Part shown: in pieces, positions 19,482-30,911 of the stretch
How positions within the stretch are numbered: position 1 is the first letter of the stretch
Layout: every line of letters starts with the position of its first letter
From: a virus
Lineage: Duplodnaviria; Caudoviricetes
Virus record (IMG/VR): IMGVR_UViG_3300037424_000485
Span: 64,001 to 128,000 of that record
Length of the DNA: 64,000 nucleotides
Strand: one strand, 5' to 3'
The notes under the pieces: generated by a model
Told to the model about the DNA's origin: nothing
The model's input: only the letters and a program-made list of their open reading frames with translations
Database searches by the model: none
Translations under genes and position numbers: made by a program

Positions 19482-20342
19482 ATGATATCAGATGTAAAGA
19501 AGTGTTCTAAGTGTAAAGAAATTAAAAACATTTCTGAATTTTATAAATGTATTTCTAATAAAGATGGTTATAGATATCAATGTATAATATGTACCAAACA
19601 GAGTTATATTTACAATAAAGATAGTATCAGTAAAAGAGCTAAAGAATACTATAAAAATAATAAAGATATTATTATTGAAAAATCTAAGAAATATTATAAA
19701 AATAATAAAATTTCTGTTAGTAAAACAGCTAAGACACGTAGGAAAAATAATAGTGTTATTATAAAAAAACAAAAGAGGCTGTATTATAGTACCAATAAAG
19801 ATATTATTAATAAAAAATCAAAAATATATAGGACATCATTTGCATCATATGAAACATATGCACATCAGCTAACAGTAGAAGAAGAACCTAGATTAGCCGA
19901 TGATGGTATGTCGCTTGAAGCAAGATGTAAATATTGTGGTAAGTATTTTAAGCCTACTAATACACAAGTACAAGGAAGAACTAAAGCTTTGAATGTAGAA
20001 AATAGAGGAGAGTTACACCTTTACTGTTCTGATGATTGTAGATCTAATTGTGATATTTATGGTCAACATATAAATCCTAAAGGATATAAAATAAATAAAT
20101 ACTCAAGAGAAGTACAACCAGCTTTAAGAAAGCTTGTATTAGAAAGAGACAATTGGATATGTCAGAAGTGTGACTCATCAAAAGAACTACACTGTCATCA
20201 CTTTGAAGGCATAGAAATCAACCCAATTGAAAGTGCTGATATTGATAATTGTGTTACATTATGTAAAAAGTGTCATAAAGAAGTTCATAAACAAGATTAT
20301 TGTAACATGAAAAGGGAAAAATGCATTAGTGTGATAAAATAG
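19482..20342 (+). CDS. HNH homing endonuclease (subtype B)
   Basis: KKCSKCKEIK N-terminus, YYKNNK repeats, family HNH module. Confidence 0.85.
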   Translation: MISDVKKCSKCKEIKNISEFYKCISNKDGYRYQCIICTKQSYIYNKDSISKRAKEYYKNNKDIIIEKSKKYYKNNKISVSKTAKTRRKNNSVIIKKQKRLYYSTNKDIINKKSKIYRTSFASYETYAHQLTVEEEPRLADDGMSLEARCKYCGKYFKPTNTQVQGRTKALNVENRGELHLYCSDDCRSNCDIYGQHINPKGYKINKYSREVQPALRKLVLERDNWICQKCDSSKELHCHHFEGIEINPIESADIDNCVTLCKKCHKEVHKQDYCNMKREKCISVIK

Positions 20343-20352
20343 AGGTTTTATA

Positions 20353-20835
20353 ATGACAAAGAAAAAGAAGTTAGAAGAGGCAACTGTTACCGGGGGATAT
20401 GATGCATTTGGTAATGGCATAGTTGGGGATGATGATTTCCCTAGCGGTAATATTATATTTGGTCATAAATATAATAAAGAAAGTGTGCCTAATAGATTAA
20501 CTGGTGCATATCCTAACTTATTTGTCGATGAAACTGATTGGAAATGGGATATATTTATTGGAACTAAGGGTATGCAGGATAAAGCAAATTACTCAAATAC
20601 CCTCGACTCTTTTAACAAACCAAATAGTCCTATTAAAGATGATATTTGGAAGCGTGTAAAATTAACCAATCGGGATCATAAATGGGTTCCTGAAAAAGAA
20701 GCACTTAGAGAGCCTGAACAGAAAGGTAATGAGTTAAGGAAGGACAACGAGAATGTCCCTAAGAATCCTGCAACTGGTGAAGATGATGATAAAATCATCA
20801 AAAAAATGAACAAGCATTTACAACAGGAGAAATAA
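20353..20835 (+). CDS. hypothetical protein
   Basis: 160-aa ORF with GAGG RBS. Confidence 0.6.
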   Translation: MTKKKKLEEATVTGGYDAFGNGIVGDDDFPSGNIIFGHKYNKESVPNRLTGAYPNLFVDETDWKWDIFIGTKGMQDKANYSNTLDSFNKPNSPIKDDIWKRVKLTNRDHKWVPEKEALREPEQKGNELRKDNENVPKNPATGEDDDKIIKKMNKHLQQEK

Positions 20836-20838
20836 ACT

Positions 20839-21093
20839 GTGCCATTATATAGCATGAAATGTAATAACTGCGATAAAGAAGAAGATGATGTGTTGAAAAA
20901 ATATGAAGAAGCCTATAATTGCCCTGAATGTGGTAGTCCCATGGTTCATATCACAAATTGCACTCATTATAAATTGGTCTATAATAATCAGCGGGATTGT
21001 TGTGACTGGACAGGACAAAGCTCTCAATATTGGAACGACTATAAAGCGGCAAAGGCAAGAGGGGAGAATGTAAAGCCGCAAGGTTCTGATTGA
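20839..21093 (+). CDS. FmdB-like Zn-ribbon protein
   Basis: MPLYSMKCNNC...CPECG. Confidence 0.7.
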   Translation: MPLYSMKCNNCDKEEDDVLKKYEEAYNCPECGSPMVHITNCTHYKLVYNNQRDCCDWTGQSSQYWNDYKAAKARGENVKPQGSD

Positions 21094-21208
21094 TATTATT
21101 ATATAAATAAGAATAGAAGGTTAGAATATTAGCAGCAACTACTATTCAACAGGTGGAGTGATACCTGATGTCCCTTCTCATATCTATTTATATAAGGAGT
21201 GAAATCAA

Positions 21209-22573
21209 ATGTCAAGAAAAAGAATAACAATAGAAAAAATTAGAAATTTTATGTTGTCTTATGGATATGTTCTAAAAAGTAAAGAATATAAATATAATGT
21301 TAAATTAGAAATTCAATGTCCTAATGATCATATCTTTAAAACCAATTGGAGCAATTTTCAACAGGGTAGGAGATGCAGAAAATGTTCAAATAGCAGAACT
21401 TCTAAAAGATTAACTTTATCATATGAAACCATTAAAGATTATATAGAATCATTTGAATATAAACTCATATCTGATGAATATCTTGATGCACATAGCAAAT
21501 TAACTATTGAATGTACTGAAGGGCATAATTATAAAGTAAAGTGGAACAACTTTCAACAAGGTGGAAGATGTCCTGAATGTAGAAAAAATAATAGAAGTTT
21601 AAGTCATAAACATATAAAAAATAAACATGATTCATTAGTAATGTTGGAATATATAATAAATTATTTACAACAATTTGATTATAAGTTTATTTATGGCGAA
21701 TATAAAAATAGTAAAAGTAAACTAAAAATACAATGCGATAAAAGTCATATTTATGAAACTACATGGGATAATATAAAATATGGTAATAGATGTATAGTAT
21801 GTTATCATGATTCATTAAGAATGTCATTAGATTACATTAAAGATTATTTACAACAATTTGATTATAAGTTTATTTCTGGTGAATATAAAAATAGTAAAAG
21901 TAAGTTACTGGTTCAATGCGGTAAAAGTCATATTTATGAAACTACATGGCAAAGTATACAATCTGGACGTAGATGTACCAAATGCCCTATAAAAAGAAGT
22001 GATGAAACACGTAAAAAATTAAGTGAATCACATAAAGGAAGATTTATTGGCAAAGACAGTCCATGTTGGAAAGGCGGTGGTTTGACATCATCCTTTAATA
22101 CATATTCAGATAAATTATTTTTTGAAGAAGTAAGGTGTGTAGAAAACGATATACTAGAGGTAAGATGTACTTATTGTAATAAATGGCATAGACCTACACG
22201 ATTAAATGCTTGTAATAGAATAAATGGAGTTAAAGGATCTGTATCAGGTGAGAATAGATTTTATTGCTCAAATGGATGTAAGAAATCATGTGAAATATAT
22301 GGCCAGAGAAAATACCCTAAAGGCCATAGAGCAAATAAATATACCAGAGAAGTACAACCTGCTTTAAGAAAGCTTGTATTAGAGCGCGACAATTGGATAT
22401 GTCAAAAATGTAATAGTGATAATAATCTACACTGTCATCACTATGAAGGTGTGGAGATTAACCCTATTGAAAGTGCAGATGTTGACAATTGTGTTGCATT
22501 ATGTAAAAAATGTCATAAAGCAGTACATAAGCAAAATAATTGTGACATGAAAAGGAGGAAATGTGAATCATAA
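21209..22573 (+). CDS. HNH homing endonuclease with four repeated N-terminal modules (subtype A)
   Basis: Repeated KLxIQCxKxHxYxTxWxxxxxGxRC; NUMOD3-like RSDETRKKLSESHKG; family HNH module. Confidence 0.85.
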   Translation: MSRKRITIEKIRNFMLSYGYVLKSKEYKYNVKLEIQCPNDHIFKTNWSNFQQGRRCRKCSNSRTSKRLTLSYETIKDYIESFEYKLISDEYLDAHSKLTIECTEGHNYKVKWNNFQQGGRCPECRKNNRSLSHKHIKNKHDSLVMLEYIINYLQQFDYKFIYGEYKNSKSKLKIQCDKSHIYETTWDNIKYGNRCIVCYHDSLRMSLDYIKDYLQQFDYKFISGEYKNSKSKLLVQCGKSHIYETTWQSIQSGRRCTKCPIKRSDETRKKLSESHKGRFIGKDSPCWKGGGLTSSFNTYSDKLFFEEVRCVENDILEVRCTYCNKWHRPTRLNACNRINGVKGSVSGENRFYCSNGCKKSCEIYGQRKYPKGHRANKYTREVQPALRKLVLERDNWICQKCNSDNNLHCHHYEGVEINPIESADVDNCVALCKKCHKAVHKQNNCDMKRRKCES

Positions 22574-22744
22574 GCGCGGAAGGTGTAAAAACCGTAGAGC
22601 TGGCTGTCTTCTATGTAAACCACACAAAGCAAACGGCACAAGGCTGAAAGATAAACTTCCTTATGGAGATTACAAAAAGGATGTGTTTACAAAAGAAGAT
22701 GTAGATGATATTATAGAATAATAACATAATATGTAGGAGATTAG

Positions 22745-23926
22745 ATGGTGAATAAAGATAAAAATGTGCTATTACTTGGATATTCTGGTTATATAGGTAC
22801 AGCATTAACACAGAGATTATTACTTGAAGAATATAATGTAATAGGTGTTGATAATTTTAGCAGAAGATTAAATGTAGAAAAGTGTGATTCTGTTTCCGCT
22901 ATAAACACACCAGATGAAAAAGAAAAAGTTGTATTATTTAAAGGACTTGGTAATTTTGAAAGTCATGTTTTTGATATAAGTAAAGATTATAATAGTTTAG
23001 AGTATCTTTTTAAACATAATAAAATAGATCATATTATAAATCTTGCCCATAATCCATCTGCTCCTTATAGTATGAAAAACCAAGAGCAGTCTGATGAAGT
23101 ATTAAGAAATAATATTTGTGGAACTAATAATATATTATGGTGCATGAAAAAATATGCTACTAATGCTAGTAAAATATCTGCCGGGAGTACGGGAGAATTT
23201 GATCATCAGATTGGAATACCTATAGACGAAAATTCCATCTCTATAGAGGTCGATGGATTGACATCTAAAAATTTTATGTTTCCTAGACACCCAAACTCCC
23301 TATACCATTTAAGTAAAATATCATCTACATATATGATGAACTATATTTCTAAGATATGGAATCTTAGCTGTACTGATGTTATGCAAGCAGTTGTGTTTGG
23401 ATCATATACAGATGATATAGATATAACAGGCATAAACACCAGAATAGATTCAGATGAGTCGCAAGGAACAGTTATACATAGATTTATTGTCCAGGCATGT
23501 ATAGGAGAACCACTTACTATATATGGAGAGGGTCTTCATCAGAGGGGATTTTTATCTTTAAATGACTCCATACAGGCATTTATGATAGGTATAAAAAACC
23601 CCGCTAAAAAAGGGGAATATCTTACATGGAACCAGCTTAGTTCGTGGTCTTCTATTAATGATATATCTGATATGGTGGTAAAAGCTGGTAATAATATGGG
23701 TCTTGATGTACAGAAAAGACACATAACATCTCCTAGACCTGAACATACAGGAACACACTACTACAACTATATTACTAAAAAACTTGCCGATCTTGGGTAT
23801 AGACCCACAAGAACAATAGAACAAGAAATAGAATATACAATGAAAAAGGTATTATCTACGATAGAAAATGATAAAACAATAATACCCATTCTGAGAAAGA
23901 ACGTCATGCCTAAGATTATATTTTAA
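22745..23926 (+). CDS. sqdB: UDP-sulfoquinovose synthase-like extended SDR
   Basis: GVDNFSRR, PSAPYSM, NNICGT, SLYHLSK, GTVIHRFIVQA..GEPLTIYGEG..RGFL, NPAKKGE...NQ match SqdB/SQD1/Agl3 family motifs as I recall them. Confidence 0.75.
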   Translation: MVNKDKNVLLLGYSGYIGTALTQRLLLEEYNVIGVDNFSRRLNVEKCDSVSAINTPDEKEKVVLFKGLGNFESHVFDISKDYNSLEYLFKHNKIDHIINLAHNPSAPYSMKNQEQSDEVLRNNICGTNNILWCMKKYATNASKISAGSTGEFDHQIGIPIDENSISIEVDGLTSKNFMFPRHPNSLYHLSKISSTYMMNYISKIWNLSCTDVMQAVVFGSYTDDIDITGINTRIDSDESQGTVIHRFIVQACIGEPLTIYGEGLHQRGFLSLNDSIQAFMIGIKNPAKKGEYLTWNQLSSWSSINDISDMVVKAGNNMGLDVQKRHITSPRPEHTGTHYYNYITKKLADLGYRPTRTIEQEIEYTMKKVLSTIENDKTIIPILRKNVMPKIIF

Positions 23927-24183
23927 TGGATAATTATAATATATTAAATACATTACAGCCACGACAAATAGAATGGCTGTATTGGCTATCACAAGGTGAA
24001 AATCAATATAGTGCGGCTAGTAAAATGGGTGTGTCTCATAGCTCTGATTCTATATCACTAAGGCAGAAGAGTATTAGATTGAAACTAAACTTATCCCGAA
24101 ATTATAGTCTTAAAATTATAGCCATAAATAATAAAAAATGGCTAATAGATAATGTAAAAATAAAAAAATGTGATGTGGTATGA
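23926..24183 (+). CDS. LuxR-like HTH protein
   Basis: LQPRQIEWLYWLSQGENQYSAASKMGVS. Confidence 0.5.
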   Translation: MDNYNILNTLQPRQIEWLYWLSQGENQYSAASKMGVSHSSDSISLRQKSIRLKLNLSRNYSLKIIAINNKKWLIDNVKIKKCDVV

Positions 24184-25025
24184 GAGTAAAAATAAATGAT
24201 GGTATAAGCCTACATAAATTTCAAAAAAAGTCTTCCCAATATATCCAGCTAAAACCTCTAGTTAAATATGATACTGAGAAGAAGCCATATTTTACCGTTG
24301 TTATGTTATCGTGGAATAGATGGGAGAATTTAATTTTAGTGCTTCAAGATCTTCTTAAACATAAGATACCAATGAATTTATGTTTAACTATTCAAGAATG
24401 TAATATCATACCAGCAGAGAAGAAAAAAGAGATTGAGAAGCTTATTGTTCAGTTTCATGCAGCTGATGTAGAATGGCATTCAATCAATAGGGGTACTGGT
24501 GCTCCAAGGGGAGAGGCTATAGATCGTGCTTTAAAGCAGTTTGACTCTCCTTATATATTAACCACCGATGATGATATGTTCTTCCCTAAATATTCATTCC
24601 AAGCCCTTGCCAGTATGCTAGAAGACAAGCCTGAATATGGGGTAGTATCTTTATGGTGTGATCCAAGCTATAGTAAAATAGTTTTAGAAGAAAAACCAAA
24701 ACCTCGATTGAAAGTTCTCGGTTTTAATCAGGGGTTTCACGATGTAACGTGTCTTGGATCTGCCACAGCTATGTGGAGAAGAGAGATATTTGATAAATGT
24801 AAGTACGATCAAAATTATGTGATTGGATGGGCAGATTTTGATTTGACGCTCCAAATTCATTATGCTGGATGGAAATTAGGAGTTTTATGTCTTAATTATT
24901 TAAAACCACTAAATGATAAGGGTAAGAACACACCATCATACAATAAAGTTAGGCACAACATAATACCTGCTAACCAGGGAAAAAAGTATTTTAAAAACAA
25001 ATGGGGTTTTACATGGGGAAGATGA
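24180..25025 (+). CDS. glycosyltransferase family 2
   Basis: TVVMLSWNR, NRGTGAPR, TTDDD, GWADFDL. Confidence 0.8.
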   Translation: MRVKINDGISLHKFQKKSSQYIQLKPLVKYDTEKKPYFTVVMLSWNRWENLILVLQDLLKHKIPMNLCLTIQECNIIPAEKKKEIEKLIVQFHAADVEWHSINRGTGAPRGEAIDRALKQFDSPYILTTDDDMFFPKYSFQALASMLEDKPEYGVVSLWCDPSYSKIVLEEKPKPRLKVLGFNQGFHDVTCLGSATAMWRREIFDKCKYDQNYVIGWADFDLTLQIHYAGWKLGVLCLNYLKPLNDKGKNTPSYNKVRHNIIPANQGKKYFKNKWGFTWGR

Positions 25026-25990
25026 GAATAATTTTTTATACGCCTAAGATTAATAAAATAGGTGGTAGTATTAGAACATTGTTATCCTATATGGATACAA
25101 TTAAAGAATTGGGATGGGATGTAAAAATGTGGACTAGGGTTAATGAGAAATTAAGCCACTTCAGAGATTTACAATCCCAACTATATTTTAATGGATATAA
25201 AAACATAAATGGGTATGATTTTATTATCAACGGCCCCCTTCCCAATGAAGAGAAGGATGTAATGTTTTTTAGAGGCAATGTACAACCATCCTTTAGTGAT
25301 CGCAAATCTATTAACTGGTGTATATCAGATGGGGATGTAAAAGATCATCCATCTATCATTGAGAGATGGACTAATTCTAATACCACTGCCAGTAAGTACG
25401 AGTTGGATATGAATGTTGTTATACCACCACATGACTACTCATTATTTAGAGCACATGGTGGCAATCCACAGGCAAATAGACGAATAGAGTTTGTTCATAT
25501 TGCAAGAATAAATGGGGCGAAAGAAAAAGGCATTGATGTTTTTGTTGATACTGTTCATAGGTTAAAAAAAGCAAGACAGAGCCTTTTGATTGCTATATGT
25601 AATATGAATGATCAAGCCAGTGTTAAATATCTAAGAAGTTTGGATATTCCTATTGTTATAAATCAAGACAGAAAGCAGATGGCCAGCATCTTGAATAATT
25701 CAAAATATCTTTTATTTCCATCTCGTATAGAGAGCTGTTCATTGTCTATCTATGAGGCCATGAATGCTGGATGTGTACCAATTGTTAGAAGTGTAGGTGC
25801 AGCTAGAGAGCAAATGGGGGATCTTGGATATACATTTCAGGATGATAAACATATTGCTTATGCCATAAGAAAGGCATGGGCTGATACTCAAGATTTACAA
25901 GAATATATGGCACAGGGCGAGTTGTTTGATAAGAAAAACAATATAATAACTCTAAAAGATAGGTTGATTAATATAGAAAACAATCTATGA
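25001..25990 (+). CDS. GT-B (GT4-like) glycosyltransferase
   Basis: EKGID...LFPSRIESCSLSIYEAMNAGCVPIV. Confidence 0.8.
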   Translation: MGFYMGKMRIIFYTPKINKIGGSIRTLLSYMDTIKELGWDVKMWTRVNEKLSHFRDLQSQLYFNGYKNINGYDFIINGPLPNEEKDVMFFRGNVQPSFSDRKSINWCISDGDVKDHPSIIERWTNSNTTASKYELDMNVVIPPHDYSLFRAHGGNPQANRRIEFVHIARINGAKEKGIDVFVDTVHRLKKARQSLLIAICNMNDQASVKYLRSLDIPIVINQDRKQMASILNNSKYLLFPSRIESCSLSIYEAMNAGCVPIVRSVGAAREQMGDLGYTFQDDKHIAYAIRKAWADTQDLQEYMAQGELFDKKNNIITLKDRLINIENNL

Positions 25991-26952
25991 GAGTATTATT
26001 TGTAACTGTTAATAGAGGTCATAGGGTTGCGTTCAATCTGTTTACGCCACTACAGAAAGAATTAGCAACCTTGTGTGATATGGATATCTATGAAAAACAA
26101 GTAGGTATTCATGGCAGGAAATATCAACAAGAATTTTTTAAAAACCCTAATAGTTACATAAAAGAGCTGGACATAAGCAATATAAACAACAATTATGATG
26201 TAGTTATTACTGATGCTTTGTTTGCTTTTATGGGGGAAGATTGGAATTTAGTAACTATTCCTAAGTTTACACTCATAGAAGACCAACATAATCAATGTAT
26301 GAACATTGTGAGGACAGCGAATTCAATTTTTCATAAATTTGATTATTTTATAGTGAGATATAGGGATGCTTTTTACGATAACCATCCTACTATCAATAGA
26401 GATAGGATAATTTGGTCGCCACATGCAGTAGATGTGACATTTTTTAAAGACTATCAAGAGCCTAGAAGTATATATTCATTAACAACTGGTAGTATAGCCG
26501 GATCTATATATCCTTTAAGAGAAAAAGTATATAATGAAATGAAATCTAGTGGACATTACCAAAGAATTGATCGACCAGTAGAAGGCATGGCTGATAATAA
26601 ATGGCCTATAGGACGTGACTATGCTAAATTGCTTAGTTCTTCACTTATATCGTTTGCTTGTAATAGTATTTATAAATATCCCGTGATGAAAATATTTGAA
26701 ATACCTGCATGTAGATCAGTATTATGTTGCGACTATACAGATGAGATGAATGATTTGGGGTTTGTACCAGATATAAACATGCTAGAAATAAGTATGGATA
26801 TGGATATACAAAAATTTATTACATTACAACTAAAAGACAAACAGCGGTTAGAGAATATTGCAACTAGAGGTCTTGAGTTAATTCAAGAAAGACATACAGT
26901 CCAGATACGGGCAAAACAACTATATGATTTAATTAGGAAAATATATGAATAA
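25987..26952 (+). CDS. glycosyltransferase (CgeB-like GT-B)
   Basis: SPHAVD...YAKLLSSS...MKIFEIPAC...IATRGLELIQERHT. Confidence 0.7.
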   Translation: MRVLFVTVNRGHRVAFNLFTPLQKELATLCDMDIYEKQVGIHGRKYQQEFFKNPNSYIKELDISNINNNYDVVITDALFAFMGEDWNLVTIPKFTLIEDQHNQCMNIVRTANSIFHKFDYFIVRYRDAFYDNHPTINRDRIIWSPHAVDVTFFKDYQEPRSIYSLTTGSIAGSIYPLREKVYNEMKSSGHYQRIDRPVEGMADNKWPIGRDYAKLLSSSLISFACNSIYKYPVMKIFEIPACRSVLCCDYTDEMNDLGFVPDINMLEISMDMDIQKFITLQLKDKQRLENIATRGLELIQERHTVQIRAKQLYDLIRKIYE

Positions 26953-27526
26953 CCTCTCAGAACTCTACTCTAAACAATATGTTAACAATATTGTAAGCAA
27001 GGAATGGAGATATCAAGATTCGGATAAGAAAATACAATTGCTCTATAACCACTTTAAGCCTACCTCTGTGATGGATATAGGTGCTGCTAATGGTGTACAT
27101 ACCAATAGTTGGAGAAAGCTCGGATGCACCACATATGGTGTCGAGGGAACGGTTCATTTTGAACAGTACCTAAAAACCAATGTCGATGAATATATTATTC
27201 AAGACATAAGACAGCCTTTTTATGTTGGGAAAAAGTTTGACCTTGTTATTTCAGTTGAAGTATTAGAGCATATAGAAAAAGAATATATCGATATTACTAT
27301 TAATAATATCTGTGCTCATGGAGATGTATTGTTTATTACAGCAAATCCTAGCGAGGGAGGGCATTCTCATGTTAACCCACAGCCTAAGGAATACTGGATA
27401 GATCTATTCACATCCAGAGGTTATACATATGAAGAAGAAGAGACTAAAATATTTTCTGATATCTATAGAAAAGAGATAGGTACTGGATGGTATTCTGAAT
27501 ATTCGATGATTTTCAGGAATAAATGA
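26945..27526 (+). CDS. class I SAM-dependent methyltransferase
   Basis: VMDIGAANG, FDLVISVEVLEHI, GHSHVN.QPKEYW. Confidence 0.8.
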   Translation: MNNLSELYSKQYVNNIVSKEWRYQDSDKKIQLLYNHFKPTSVMDIGAANGVHTNSWRKLGCTTYGVEGTVHFEQYLKTNVDEYIIQDIRQPFYVGKKFDLVISVEVLEHIEKEYIDITINNICAHGDVLFITANPSEGGHSHVNPQPKEYWIDLFTSRGYTYEEEETKIFSDIYRKEIGTGWYSEYSMIFRNK

Positions 27527-28368
27527 AAATAAATATTATAATGTGTGGTAAGAGTAAAACATTTATAGAATTAATAAAGGCTTTTACATTATCTATCTCT
27601 GAATTAGGCCACACTGTCAATAAGATATATACATACTTTCCAAAGAATAATATAGTTCCCTTAATAGATAATAAGGGTATAGATGTTAATGTATATATAG
27701 GCGTAATAAAAAATAGAAACGTTCTTGATAATAATGTATTTAATGTTTTTTTTAATACAGAACAACAGGAATATTCATCATCACCTAAAATATGGAAAGA
27801 AAAGACATCACAGTTTGATCTAGTTCTTGATATGTTTATCAATAGACCATTATATGGGGCATCTGCTGTATATTGCCCTATAGGATGGTCATCAGCATTT
27901 GAGTCTATGTCTAAAATCCGTCCTGCAAAAACAATGAATGTTGTCCATATAGGGCCTTTGATTGGTGGTAAAAATAATGACAAGATCTACTATCATAACA
28001 ATTATAAAAATATTATAACTGTTAAAGGTGGGTTTGGCGCGGTGAGAGATGATATTATATTAAGATCAAAGATACATTTGATTCTAAGTAGGGGTGAATT
28101 CTATGAGCTACCCCAATTAAGGGCTTTATTTTCTATGTGTAATAAAGTTTTTACTTTGGTAAACACCCATAGTAGTTATGGTATATATGAGCCAGATAAG
28201 CATTTTGTAGTTTTTGATGATTTAGATGTTGTTTCTAGCTATTGGTTGAATAAAAATAAAAGAAGAGAAGAATTTGCTGTAGAATGCTATAGAGATATAA
28301 AGAAAAATCATCCATTTACAATGTATCTAGAAAAAGCAGTAAAAGGTACAACACTACAAGGAGTATAA
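27523..28368 (+). CDS. putative glycosyltransferase-like protein
   Basis: Position in the cluster; FNTEQ...RDDIILRSKIHL...ELPQLR. Confidence 0.5.
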   Translation: MKINIIMCGKSKTFIELIKAFTLSISELGHTVNKIYTYFPKNNIVPLIDNKGIDVNVYIGVIKNRNVLDNNVFNVFFNTEQQEYSSSPKIWKEKTSQFDLVLDMFINRPLYGASAVYCPIGWSSAFESMSKIRPAKTMNVVHIGPLIGGKNNDKIYYHNNYKNIITVKGGFGAVRDDIILRSKIHLILSRGEFYELPQLRALFSMCNKVFTLVNTHSSYGIYEPDKHFVVFDDLDVVSSYWLNKNKRREEFAVECYRDIKKNHPFTMYLEKAVKGTTLQGV

Positions 28369-28973
28369 TGTCTAATATAAAATTATCAGTTTTAGTATGC
28401 ACACTACCATCCAGGCTACACCAACTACCTAGCATTATTAAAGAGTTGGATAAACAAGCTACTGGAAAGCCAGTAGAAATTCTATATCTAGGGGATAATG
28501 GGCTAATGGATGTTGGTGTTAAGAGAAATACATTAGTTAATATGGCACAGGGAGATTATGTGGTTCATGTCGATGATGATGACAGAATAACATCTGATTA
28601 TATTGATTATATCTTAGCAGGTATTGGAGATAGAACTGTAGATAGCGTGGTGTTTGATGTAGAGATTACAATAAATGGTAAAGATCCTAAAAAGGTTAAG
28701 TACGGGAAAGACCTTGTTAACTGCAAGCAACCATATGGATATGATAGAATGACAAACCATATAATGTGCGTTAAAAGGAGTATAGCTGTAAAACATCCAT
28801 TTATGGTCACAGGAAGGGCGAAGGATGGTAAATGGGGTAGAGTTATGGCAACAGTCCTTAAAAGTGAAGCACGTATTGATAAAGTTCTTTATTACTATGA
28901 TTTCTATGGCGATAGGTCAGAAGTAAGAGCGCGTTATAAAAAATTTCCAGATCTATATCCAAAAGAGAGATAA
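28368..28973 (+). CDS. glycosyltransferase family 2
   Basis: LSVLVCTL, VGVKRNTL, HVDDDD. Confidence 0.8.
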   Translation: MSNIKLSVLVCTLPSRLHQLPSIIKELDKQATGKPVEILYLGDNGLMDVGVKRNTLVNMAQGDYVVHVDDDDRITSDYIDYILAGIGDRTVDSVVFDVEITINGKDPKKVKYGKDLVNCKQPYGYDRMTNHIMCVKRSIAVKHPFMVTGRAKDGKWGRVMATVLKSEARIDKVLYYYDFYGDRSEVRARYKKFPDLYPKER

Positions 28974-29582
28974 ATGAACAGAGCACAGATTATAAACAAA
29001 ATAATTAAAAAAAGAAAATATGTAGATTACTTAGAAATAGGTATAAAAAAAGGTAAATGTTTTAAAGAAGTTAAGTGTCTGAATATGACAGGAATAGAAC
29101 CAAATCCTGTATGGAAAGATGAAAGACTTGTTTATATGACATCTGATGATTTTTTCAGACAAAACAACAACAGGTATGATATAGTCTTTATAGATGGTCT
29201 TCATTATCATCAACAGGTGTTGAAAGATATAGAAAATTCTCTTAAATGCTTGAATGATGGTGGTGTGGTGGTGTTACACGATTGCAACCCAATTGATAAG
29301 GCACACCAGGCAGTTCCTATAGAGAGAGCTAAAGGAACTTGGAATGGCGATTGCTGGAAAGCTTTTGTATTAACAAGTCAAAAATACCCATACCATATGT
29401 TTGTTGTGAACACAGATCATGGGGTAGGTGTGATAGATACCAAACATGAAATAGAATTGTTGGATAATTATAAACTAACAATTGATGAGCTTCATTATAA
29501 AGAACTGGATAAAAATAGAAAAGAGTGGTTAAATCTCAAGGAAGAATTATATATAGATGAGTGGTTAAATGGGAGAATTTAA
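28974..29582 (+). CDS. class I SAM methyltransferase (Methyltransf_24-like)
   Basis: [23 protein letters not shown]. Confidence 0.8.
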   Translation: MNRAQIINKIIKKRKYVDYLEIGIKKGKCFKEVKCLNMTGIEPNPVWKDERLVYMTSDDFFRQNNNRYDIVFIDGLHYHQQVLKDIENSLKCLNDGGVVVLHDCNPIDKAHQAVPIERAKGTWNGDCWKAFVLTSQKYPYHMFVVNTDHGVGVIDTKHEIELLDNYKLTIDELHYKELDKNRKEWLNLKEELYIDEWLNGRI

Positions 29583-30120
29583 AACTACAAGAGAGACACA
29601 TCCTAAATTTGCAAATTGTGTAGGTAGACATACCTATGGCCCCATACAAAAAGTTGGTAGAGGGAAAATACAAATAGGTAATTTCTGTTCACTTGCCGGT
29701 GGTATACAATTTATAACATGGGGTCATAAGACAGACTGGATAACTACATATCCTTTATCTGTATTAGATTATTGGAATGGTGGGTCTAAGATTATAGAGG
29801 GACATCCTGTTATATATAATACTATAGTGGTTGGTCATGATGTTTGGATAGGACAGAGTGCTATTATAATGGGCGGCGTGACGATTGAAAGTGGGGCTAT
29901 TATAGCAGCCGGTGCCGTTGTGACAAAAGATGTAGAGGCATATTCTATTGTTGGCGGAAACCCTGCTAAATTAATTAAAAAAAGATTCTCTGATGAAGAT
30001 ATCGAGTATTTACTTAGATTAAAATGGTGGGATAAAACAGATAAAGAGATTAAAAGATTAGTGCCATATCTTTGCACTGATAATGTTAGTAGGTTAAGAA
30101 AAATATTAGAGGCTAAATGA
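29569..30120 (+). CDS. hexapeptide-repeat O-acetyltransferase (CatB/Vat-like fold)
   Basis: [42 protein letters not shown]. Confidence 0.85.
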   Translation: MGEFKTTRETHPKFANCVGRHTYGPIQKVGRGKIQIGNFCSLAGGIQFITWGHKTDWITTYPLSVLDYWNGGSKIIEGHPVIYNTIVVGHDVWIGQSAIIMGGVTIESGAIIAAGAVVTKDVEAYSIVGGNPAKLIKKRFSDEDIEYLLRLKWWDKTDKEIKRLVPYLCTDNVSRLRKILEAK

Positions 30121-30911
30121 GAATAATAATAACGGGGAGTTCTGGATATATAGGAAATAACCTATGTAAGGCATTGAGAAGTTTGAATCATGATGTTATG
30201 GGCATAGATAAAATAACTGGTGATAATATTAATTCTATTGGAGTTAAAGAACTCATTGTAAAATTCAAACCAGATTGGATTGTTCATCTTGCTGCTCTCC
30301 CATCGATATTAGCATGTGAAGAACATAAAGAACAAGCTACATATGATAACGTAAAAACTACAGAAGTCATTTCTGAAGCTGCTTCAGAAATTGGATGTCC
30401 TGTTATGTTTTCTTCTTCACAAGCTGCTAAGAATCCAGAATCTAGTCATTATGCGTGGTGTAAACATGAATCAGAGACTTTGCTAAACGAAATGAATTCT
30501 GGATATGTTTTGAGATTTTCTAACATATATGGCGGTGATAACTATGCTGAGAAAAAAAGTTCAGTAATGGCCCAATTTGTAAAGGCATATAGAGAAGGAA
30601 AAGCACTAGTTGCTAATGGAAATGGATCTCAAGGTAGAGACTTTTTACATCTAAATGATCTATTAAATGTTATGATAGATTTAATGGATGTACCCCCATC
30701 AACTATGCATACTTTAGATGTAGGTACAGGAATAGCAACATCAATATTAGATATTATTAAAATGTTTAATTGTCCTTATATACTAAACACTAATAGTTCA
30801 AGCGTAGGGATAGAGTCCAACTTTGCTGATGTCATAATGATGAAATTATTAATAGGTTATGCGCCCAAACCACGGATGAGAGAATGGGTAAAGGAGATAA
30901 CTAATGGTTAG
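30117..30911 (+). CDS. NAD-dependent epimerase/dehydratase
   Basis: [31 protein letters not shown]. Confidence 0.85.
   Translation: MRIIITGSSGYIGNNLCKALRSLNHDVMGIDKITGDNINSIGVKELIVKFKPDWIVHLAALPSILACEEHKEQATYDNVKTTEVISEAASEIGCPVMFSSSQAAKNPESSHYAWCKHESETLLNEMNSGYVLRFSNIYGGDNYAEKKSSVMAQFVKAYREGKALVANGNGSQGRDFLHLNDLLNVMIDLMDVPPSTMHTLDVGTGIATSILDIIKMFNCPYILNTNSSSVGIESNFADVIMMKLLIGYAPKPRMREWVKEITNG

Noticed and set aside
29569-30120. CatB/Vat antibiotic-resistance gene
   Set aside because: The fold is shared with sugar O-acetyltransferases and the gene is embedded in a glycan cluster; resistance is unsupported
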